From Octopus sinensis (lineage: Eukaryota): a stretch of 64,000 nt of DNA. A model generated the notes under the pieces. That model was not told the origin of the DNA. It saw nothing but the letters and a program-made list of their open reading frames with translations, and searched no databases. The stretch is from the NCBI RefSeq assembly GCF_006345805.1, contig NC_043025.1:1116001-1180000 (forward strand), read 5' to 3'. The number at the start of each line of letters is the position of its first letter. The first letter of the stretch is position 1. A program made the position numbers and the translations under genes. Below are positions 55,066 to 64,000 of this stretch, in pieces.

Positions 55066-55162
55066 CTTCGCGGAACTCGAAACCTCGTCCCAGAATGGTG
55101 AAATGAATTCAAAATGTCCACTTAGGATCTTGTCAAATAATTCTTCTTGGTTGTTGCTTGGA
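55066..55162 (-). CDS. DCLK: Doublecortin-like kinase exon, subdomain X ((S)PSNNQEELFDKILSGHFEFISPFWDEVSSSAK)
   Basis: TTTTCTAG acceptor and GTAAGA donor, 97 nt, phase 2-0. Joins the AG of the upstream exon to give Ser. Confidence 0.94.
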
Positions 55163-55243
55163 CTAGAAAAAGAAATTTCAACATTAAAAGCCATAATTCA
55201 GTTATGAATATCTTTTGCAAATTTGTACGTTTTCTTCTTTATA

Positions 55244-56680
55244 GGCGCAGGAGTGGCTGTGTGGTAAGTAGCTTGCTAACCAACCACATGGTTCCGGGTT
55301 CAGTCCCACTGCGTGTCACCTTGGGCAAGTGTCTTCTACTATAGCCTCGGGCCGACCAATGCCTTGTGAGTGAATAAAGTATATATATGTATGTATAGGC
55401 GTAGAGTGGCTGTGTGGTAAGTAGCTTGCTAACCAACCACATGGTTCCGGGTTCAGTCCCACTGCGTGTCACCTTGGGCAAGTGTCTTCTACTATAGCCT
55501 CGGGCCGACCAATGCCTTGTGAGTGAATAAAGTATATATATGTATGTATAGGCGTAGAGTGGCTGTGTGGTAAGTAGCTTGCTTACCAACCACATGGTTC
55601 CGGGTTCAGTCCCACTGCGTGGCACCTTGGGCAAGTGTCTTCTGCTATAGCCTCGGGCCGACCAAAGCCTTGTGAGTGAATAAAGTATATATATGTATGT
55701 ATAGGCGTAGAGTGGCTGTGTGGTAAGTAGCTTGCTTACCAACCACATGGTTCCGGGTTCAGTCCCACTGCGTGGCACCTTGGGTAAGTGTCTTCTGCTA
55801 TAGCCTCGGGCCGACCAAAACCTTGTGAGTGTATAAAGTAGACGGAAACTGAAAGAAGCCCGTCGTATATATATATATATGTATAGGCGTAGAGTGGCTG
55901 TGTGGTAAGTAGCTTGCTTACCAACCACATCGTTCCGGTTTCAGACCCACTGCGTGGCACCTTGGGCAACTGTCTTCTACTATAGCCTCGGGCCGACCAA
56001 AGCCTTGTGGGGGGATTTGGTAGACGCAAAGTGAATAAAGACCGTCATATATACGTATATGTGTATATATATATATATATATAGGCGCAGGAGTGGTAAG
56101 TAGCTTGCTTACCAACCACATGGTTCTGCGTTCGGTCCTACTGCGTGGCTGTGTGGTAAGTAGCTTGCTTACCAACCACATGGTTCCGGGTTCGGTCCCA
56201 CTGAGTGGCACCTTGGGCAAGTGTCTTCTACTAAAGCCTCGGGCCGACCAAAGCCTTGTGAGTGAATAAAGTAGACGGAAACTGAAAGAAGACCGTCGTA
56301 CATATATATATATATATATATATATGTATAGGCGTAGGAGTGGCTGTGTGGTAAGTAGCTTGCTTACCAACCACATGGTTCCGGGTTCAGTCCCACTGCG
56401 TGGCACCATGGGCAAGTGTCTTCTACTAAAGCCTCGGGCCGACCAAAGCCTTGTGAGTGAATAAAGTAGACGGAAACTGAAAGAAGCCCGTCGTATATAT
56501 ACATATATATATATATATAGGTGTAGGAGTGGCTGTGTGGTAAGTAGCTTGCTTACCAACCACATGGTTCCAGGTTCATTCCCACTGCGTGGAACCTTGG
56601 GCAGGTGTCTTCTACTTTAGCCTCGGGCCGACCAAAGCCTTGTGAGTGGATTTGGTAGACGGAAACTGAAAGAAGCCCAT
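55244..56680 (+). mobile_element. Tandem array of CORE-type SINE heads
   Basis: Repeated GAGTGGCTGTGTGGTAAGTAGC...CCTTGTGAGTG units separated by short TA tracts. Confidence 0.9.
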
Positions 56681-56778
56681 TGTATATATGTATATATATA
56701 TATAAATATATAACGGCCATGTTCGGAAGGTTTTCTTACGTGCCACCGGCACTGGTATCACAGCTACAATTTCCACTG

Positions 56779-56779
<1 letters not shown>

Positions 56780-56809
<30 letters not shown>

Positions 56810-56859
56810 TGTATGTATGTATGCATGTATGTATGTATGTATGCATGTATGTATGTATG

Positions 56860-56891
<32 letters not shown>

Positions 56892-56893
56892 TG

Positions 56894-56925
<32 letters not shown>

Positions 56926-56967
56926 CATGTATGTATGTATGTATATGTATGTATGTATGTATGTATG

Positions 56968-56999
<32 letters not shown>

Positions 57000-57082
57000 C
57001 ATGTATGTATGTATATGTATGTATGTATATGTATGTATTATGTATGTATGTATATATGTATGTATGCATGTATGTATGTATG

Positions 57083-57114
<32 letters not shown>

Positions 57115-57156
57115 TGTATGCATGTATGTATGTATGTATGCATGTATGTATGTATG

Positions 57157-57188
<32 letters not shown>

Positions 57189-57198
57189 TGTATGTATG

Positions 57199-57230
<32 letters not shown>

Positions 57231-57272
57231 CATGTATGTATGTATGTATATGTATGTATGTATGTATGTATG

Positions 57273-57306
<34 letters not shown>

Positions 57307-57360
57307 TGCATGTACGTATGTATATGTATGTATGTATATGTATGTATGTATGTATGTATG

Positions 57361-57394
<34 letters not shown>

Positions 57395-57590
57395 TATATG
57401 TATGTATGTATGTATGTATGCATGTATGTATGTATGTATATGTATGGATGTATGTATGTATGTATATATTGTATGTATGTATGTATGTTGTATGATGTAT
57501 GTTGTATGTATGTATGTATATGTATGTATGTATGTATGTATGTATATATGTATGTATGTATGTATGCATGTATGTATGTATGTATGTATG

Positions 57591-57622
<32 letters not shown>

Positions 57623-57925
57623 TGTATATATGTATGTATGTATGTATGCATGTGTGTATGTATGTATGTGTGTATGTATGTATATGTATGTATGTATGTA
57701 TGTAAGTATGTATGTATGTGTGCATGTATGTATATATATATGTAAGCATGTGTGTATGTATGTATGTGTGTATGTTTGTATGTATTTATGAATGTATCTG
57801 TATGTATGTATGTATGTATGTATGTATGTACGTACGTACGTACGTATGTATGTATGTATGTATGTATGTATGTATGTATGTATGTATGTATGTATGTATG
57901 TATGTATGTATGTATGTATGTATGT
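56780..57925. repeat. (TATG)n microsatellite, about 1.1 kb
   Basis: Visible directly. Confidence 0.97.
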
Positions 57926-57981
57926 AGAAATTTTACACATAGAAGACCATCAATGTGCATTTGTGTGTGTAAGGAACTGAC

Positions 57982-58059
57982 CTGACAAATGGAGGGAATC
58001 CACAAAGTAAAATATATGTTATGACCCCTGCAGCCCAGACGTCCACTTTTAGGCCATAC
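57982..58059 (-). CDS. DCLK: Doublecortin-like kinase exon, subdomain IX ([25 protein letters not shown]); upstream exons lie outside the window
   Basis: TTCCTCCAG acceptor and GTCAGT donor, 78 nt, phase 2-2. Near-identical to the DCLK-family signature [25 protein letters not shown]. Confidence 0.95.
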
Positions 58060-58317
58060 CTGGAGGAAAAAGAAAAGGTTTCGCTTTTATTTTTGTTTTT
58101 TAATGTACCAACAAAGAATAAATATAAATTTATTTGTGGAGAAAACTTCGAACTAAATTTACAAGAATCAGTGTCTTTTCAGATTAAAGGGAGAACACCG
58201 AGAAAATAATTCCTTACGACATTCAGTTATGTCCCTTCATTTTCAAAATTGAAATTTTATCAGAATCCATTTAACAAGGAAAAAGTTTGGGTTTTATTTT
58301 TGGTTTTTAATGTACCA

Positions 58318-58859
58318 GGCGCAGGATTGGCTGTGTGGTAAGTAGCTTGTTTACGAACCAGATGGTTCTGGGTTAAGTCCCACTGCGTGGCATCTTGGGC
58401 AAGTGTCTTCTGCTATAGCCCCGGGCCGACAAATGCCTTGTGAGTGGATTTGGTAGACGGAAACTAAAGGAAGCCTGTCGTATATATATATATATATATA
58501 TATAGGTGTAGGAGTGGCTGTGTGGTAAGTAGCTTGCTAACCAACCACATGGTTCCGGGTTCAGTCCCACTGCGTGGCATCTTGGGCAAGTGTCTTCTGC
58601 TATAGCCCCGGGCCGACAAATGCCTTGTGAGTGGATTTGGTAGACGGAAACTAAAGGAAGCCTGTCGTATATATATATATATATATAGGTGTAGGAGTGG
58701 CTGTGTGGTAAGTAGCTTGCTTACCAACCACATGGTTCCGGGTTCAGTCCCACTGCGTGGCATCTTGGGCAGGTGGTGTCTCTGCTATAGACCCGGGCCG
58801 ACCAATTCCTTGTGAGGGATTTGGTAGACGAAACTGAAGGAGCCTGTCGTATATATGTA

Positions 58860-58890
<31 letters not shown>

Positions 58891-59052
58891 GGCTCAGGAG
58901 TGGTGTGGTAAGTAGCTTGCTTACCAACCACATGGTTCCGGGTTCAGTCCCACTGCGTGGCATCTTGGGCAGGTGTCTTCTGCTATAGACCCGGGCCGAC
59001 CAATTCCTTGTGAGTGGATTTGGTAGACGGAAAACTGAAGGAGCCTGTCGTA

Positions 59053-59100
<48 letters not shown>

Positions 59101-59453
59101 ATCAGAGTGGCTGGTGTGTAAGTAGCTTGCTACCAACCACATGGTTCCGGGTTCAGTCCCACTGCGTGGCACCTTGGGAAAGTGTCTTCTACTATAGCCC
59201 CGGGCCGACCAATGCCTTGTGAGTGGATTCGGTAGACGGAAACTGAAAGAAGCCAGTCGTATATATGTATGTATGTATATATAGGTGCAGGAGTGGCTCT
59301 GTGGTAAGTAGCTTGCTAACCAACCACATGGTTCCGGGTTCAGTCCCACTGCGTGGCACCTAGGGAAGGGTCTTCTGCTATAGCCCCGGGCCGACAAATG
59401 CCTTGTGAGTGGATTTGGTAGACGGAAATTGAAAGAAGCCTGTCGTATATATT

Positions 59454-59501
<48 letters not shown>

Positions 59502-59670
59502 TGTAGGAGTGGCTGTGTGGTAAGTAGCTTGCCAACCACCACATGGTTCCGGGTTCAGTCCACTGCGTGGCACCTGGGCAAGTGTCTTCTACTATAGCCC
59601 AAGGCCGACCAATGCCTTGTAAGGGGATTTGGTTGACGGAAACTGAAAGAAGCCTGTCGTATATATATAT

Positions 59671-59720
<50 letters not shown>

Positions 59721-61071
59721 ATATATATATATATCACACTATATTATATATAGGCGCAGGAGTGGCTGTGTGGTAAGTAGCTTGCTTACCAACCACATGG
59801 TTCCGGGTTCAGTCCCACTGCGTGGCATCTTGGGCAAGTGTCTTCTGCTATAGCCCGGGCCGACCAATGCCTTGTTAGTGGATTCGGTAGACGGAAACTG
59901 AAAGAAGCCCGTCGTATATATCTCTCTATATATAAACGGCAGTTTGTCTGTCTGTGTGTCTGTGTGTCTGTCAGGTTGTACCCTCACCCTGACCACGGCT
60001 TTCAACCGATTCTGATGAAACTTGACACACACATGGCCCAATGTCATAATTCAAAACTAACGCAGCAAAAATTTTGAAAAGTTCCCCCAGTTCTGAAAAA
60101 AATTGATAAATTCGACATGGGGTCGAGAATCTAAGCTTTTTATATGCAACATATTTTCTGTTGTAGTTTTCGCAACTTGCAATCGATTTTCACCAAACTC
60201 ATGGTGAAGCTTAATGTTAGCCTACGAAACTTAATTCTGACGTTAGTTTTCCATGCAATACCTTACCACCAGAAAAAAATCGATAAAATCATGCCATTCT
60301 GGGAAATCGCGTTCAAATTCAAGATGACATATTTTCGACAATATCTTTCACAAATTGGCAGGATTTTTTTTTTAATTCACAGCGAGCATCATGTCTGTTC
60401 CAAGGAGATATATGGCCCTTTTTATTCCAATAGGATACTTTATTAGTGGAAAAGATCGGTTAATTAAATCATATGTGGCACACATAGCAAACCGATTTGT
60501 GTATTAAACACAAACCACAGACTGTCTAGGGGACGCAACTCTACCTTTTTAACTCTCGGAACACGTGGGGTAAGTATCCCAAAATGTATAAAAATGTACA
60601 AAAACGGCAAAAACGCGGGCAGCAATGTGAGTGACAACAACGAAAAAGTCAAAAGTGACCAAATTGGAAAAGGGTTTTTGGGGCACATGACAAAAGCGGT
60701 TTATAATAAACCAAGAGTTTGCAAGTAGCGTCCGAGGACTCTTAGGGTACGTCAAAAATTTAAGGTAAAACGTTTGGGGTGGTAGTTATAAAGAAAGTTT
60801 AAACAAAAATGTATTCGAATAACTTCCGGCTGCAGCAGCTATTAGCAGAAGTGGCGGTGTTGGGAGTAAAGTCTCGAATGTAATTTCTTCCTGGTAGGAA
60901 TTGGTTGGGTTGAATTATCGATAACTGTTTGATAGTTATTTGGGAGTGAAGAGAAGACTTTGCAACCTACACATGCGCCTTCGTTCCCTAGAGGGAAAGG
61001 ACTAGATTGGGATTAGTTGTTGCCTACTAGGGGCTCGTACATACCCGGGCAACGCCAGGCTATGCTGCTAG

Positions 61072-61103
<32 letters not shown>

Positions 61104-61949
61104 GTGTAGGAGTGGCTGTGTGGTAAGTGGCTTGCTAACCAACCACATGGTTCCTGGTTCAGTCCCACTGCGTGGCACCTTGGGCAAGTGTCTTCTTCTA
61201 TAGCCCCGGGCCGACCAATGCCTTGTGAGTGGATTTGGTAGACGGAAACTGAAAGAAGCCTGTCGTATATATGTATATATAGGCGTAGGAGTGGCTGTGT
61301 GGTAAGTAGTTTGCTTACCAACCACATGGTTCTGGGTTCAGTCTCACTGCGTGGCACATTGGGCAGTGTCTTCTACTATAGCCCCGGGCCGACCAATGCC
61401 TTGTGAGTGGATTTGGTAGACGGAAACTGAAAGAAGCCTGTCGTATATATGTATATATATATGTATGTGTGTATATGTGTGTGTGTCTGTGTTTGTCCCC
61501 CTAGCATTGCTTGACAACCGATGCTGGTGTGTTTACGTCCCCGTCACTTAGCGGTTCGGCAAAAGAGACCGATAGAATAAGTATTGGGCTTACAAAAGAA
61601 TAAGTCCCGGGGGTCGATTTGCTCGACTAAAGGCGGTGCTCCAGCATGGCCGCAGTCAAATGACTGAAACAAGTAAAAGAGTAAAGAGTAAAGAGTAATA
61701 TATATATAGATATATATGTATGTGTGTGTATATGTTTGTCTGTCTGTGTTTGTCCCCTAGCATTGCTTGACAACCGATGCTGGTGTGTTTATGTCCGCGT
61801 AACTTAGCGGTTCGGCAAAAGAGACCGATAGAATAAGTACTGGGCTCACAAAGAATAAGTCCCGGGGTCGATTTGTTCGACTAAAGGCGGTGCTCCAGCA
61901 CGGCCGCAGTCAAATGATTGAAACAAGTAAAAGAGTAAAAGAGTAAAGA
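58318..61949 (+). mobile_element. Internally expanded CORE-type SINE: about eleven heads, two tails and a nested Helitron, bounded by a GTACCA direct repeat
   Basis: GTACCA at 58312-58317 precedes the first head GGCGCAGG and recurs at 61950-61955 after the last tail. Confidence 0.8.
59921..61071 (+). mobile_element. Non-autonomous Helitron
   Basis: A|TC...TATATATAAA 5' end. 3' hairpin CCCGG gcaacg CCAGG, then CTAG|T. No TSD; inserted in a TA tract. Confidence 0.85.
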
Positions 61950-62139
61950 GTACCAACATCGAACTAAATTTACAAGAAAGAGTCTCTTCGGCTTCAAGGG
62001 AGAATACCTAGCAAAAAAAACTTCCTCACGACGTTCAGTTATATCCCTTTATTTTCAAAATTGAACCTTTTTCAGAAAAACTTTCATCTTTCACGTTTAA
62101 AACAGACGCTGAGAGTTTGGGGTTATCTGACTAATCTTT

Positions 62140-63748
62140 ACTAGTTTCAGTCAATTGACTGCGGCCATGCTGGAGCACCGCCTTTTTAGTCGAGCAAATC
62201 GACCCCGGGACTTATTCTTTGTAAGCCCAGTACTTATTCTATCGGTCTCTTTTGCCGAACCGCTAATTTACGGTGACGTAAACACACCAGCATCGGTTGT
62301 CAAGCAATGCTAGGGGGACAAACACAGACACACAAACACATATACACACATATATATATATATACATATATACGACAGGCTTCTTTCAGTTTCCGTCTAC
62401 CAAATCCACTCACAAGGCATTGGTCGGCCCGAGGCTATAGTAGAAGACACTTGCCCAAGGTGCCACGCAGTGGGACTGAACCCGGAACCATGCGGTTGGT
62501 AAACAAGCTACTTACCACACAGCCACTCCTGCGCCTACCTGACTAATCTTTACTTGTTTCAGTTATTTGACTGCGGCCATGCTTGAGAACCGCCTTTAGT
62601 CGAGCAAATCGACCCCAGGACTTATTCTTTGTAAGCCTTCTACTAATTCTATTGGTGTCTTTTGCTGAACCACTAAGTTACGGGGTCGTAAACACACCAG
62701 CATCGGTTGTCAAGCACACCCACCCCCTGCGCCTATATACATATAAGGCGGCGAGCAGGCAGAAAGGTTAGCACGCCGGGCGAAATGCGTAGCCGTATTT
62801 CGTCTGTCGTTACGTTTAGAGTTCAAATTCCGCCGAGGTCAACTTTGCCTTTCATCCTTTCGGGGTCGATAAATTAAGTACCAGTTACGCACTGGGGTCG
62901 ATGTAATCGACTTAATACCTATGTCTGTCCTTGTTTGTCCCCTCTATGTTTAGCCCCTTGTGGGTAATAAAGAAATAGGTTGTCAAGCGATGTTGGGGGG
63001 ACAAACACAGACACACAAACATATACATACATATATATACGACGGGCTTCTTTCAGTTTCCGTCTACCAAATCCACTCACAAGGCTTTGGTCGGCCCGGG
63101 GCTATAGCAGAAGACACTTGCCCGAGATGCCACGCAGTGGGACTGAACCCGACCCATGTGTTTGGTAAGCAAGAGACATACCACACAGCCACTCCTACGC
63201 CTATAAACATATATACGACGGGCTTCTTTCAGTTTCCGTCAACTAAATCCACTCACAAGGATTTGGTCGGGCCGACGCTACAGTAGAAGACACTTGCCCA
63301 AGGTGCCACGCAGTGGGACTGAACCCGGAAGCACGTGGATGGTAAGCAAGCTACTTACCACACAGCCACTCCTATGCCTATATACATATATACGACGAGC
63401 TTCTTTCAGTTTCCGTCTACTAAGTCCACTCACAAGGCTTTGGTCGGCCCGAGGCTATAGTAGAAGACAATTGCCCAAGGTGCCATACAGTGGGACTGAA
63501 CCCGGAACCACGTGGTTGGTAAGCAAGCTACTTACCACACAATCACTCCTGCGCCTATATATATAAATATATATATATATATACAACAGGCTTCTTTCAG
63601 TACCCGTCTACCAAATCCACTCACAAGGCTTTGGTCGGCCCGAGGCTATAGTAGAAGACACTTGCCCAAGGTGCCACGCAGTGGGACTGAACCCGGAACC
63701 ACGTGGCTGGTAAGCAAGCTACTTACCACACAGCCACTCCTACCCCTA
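62140..63748 (-). mobile_element. CORE-type SINE cluster in opposite orientation
   Basis: Reverse complement of the SINEs at 58.3-61.9 kb. Full-length copy at about 62142-62536, flanked by CTGACTAATCTTTAC repeats. Confidence 0.88.
62746..62978 (+). mobile_element. Full-length Meta/MESC-domain SINE nested in a CORE SINE
   Basis: GGCGGCGAGCAGGCAGAA head, GAGTTCAAATTC B box and GCCTTTCATCCTTTCGGGGTCGATAAA domain. GGTTGTCAAGC repeated at about 62705 and 62978. Confidence 0.85.
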
Positions 63749-63802
63749 TGGTGATGTGACTTGGTTGATGTGTGTCTATATACGTATGTTTGAACTAAGT
63801 AA

Positions 63803-64000
63803 TAGTGGCTCCGGCAGAAGGTAATGGCAAAACTTCTGCTGACTCTTTGCCACAACTTTCTCTCACTCTTTCCTCCTGCATCTTGCAGCTCACCTGCGAT
63901 GGACTGGCGTCCCGTCCAGGTGGGGAACCTATACGCCGAGGAAACTGGGAAACCGGCCCTTATGAGCCAGGGATGGCTCGAGAAGGAACAAACAAACAAT
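63803..64000 (+). mobile_element. SINE body/tail related to the 33.8-35.5 kb family
   Basis: GGCTCCGGCAG, CAACTTTCTCTCA and TACGCC..GAAAC.GGGAAACCGG are shared with that family; CCTGCGATGGACTGG motif. Confidence 0.6.

Noticed and set aside
56680-58005. Long ORFs of 270-410 aa (MYVC/HTYI repeats) and similar YI-, poly-I/N/L and RE-rich ORFs elsewhere
   Set aside because: They are translations of stop-free microsatellites, not genes.
51590-63748. Recurrent ORFs such as MPRSGTEPGTMWLVSKLLTTQP
   Set aside because: Antisense translations of SINE heads.

Overview
Repeat-dense animal genomic DNA, very probably an octopus or other coleoid cephalopod (inferred from the tRNA-derived SINE types and heavy microsatellite load), with a 100-N scaffold gap at 13055-13154. 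The only host gene I can support is the 3' part of a doublecortin-like kinase (DCLK) on the minus strand: five GT-AG exons (58059-57982, 55162-55066, 45649-45569, 39152-39054, 35748-35665) that splice in frame to a TAA stop. The rest is mobile DNA: CR1-group LINEs, an R4/Dong-type LINE in a (TAA)n tract, Tx1, RTE, Penelope-like and MULE remnants, a solo LTR, non-autonomous Helitrons including head-to-tail concatemers, and SINEs amplified into tandem arrays. About 216-5412 recurs inverted at about 16510-23515. The most interesting signal is three unrelated type I hammerhead-ribozyme-like motifs within 15 kb, using three different 3-8 core pairs. A C3-G8 motif lies in the sense strand of the last DCLK intron and can be masked by its own upstream antisense copy. 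A U3-A8 motif lies in the loop of a 168-bp palindrome. A G3-C8 motif is repeated in a ~240-bp retrozyme-like satellite that flips orientation. All ribozyme calls come from manual folding and are untested. Most ORF-track entries are microsatellite or SINE artefacts.
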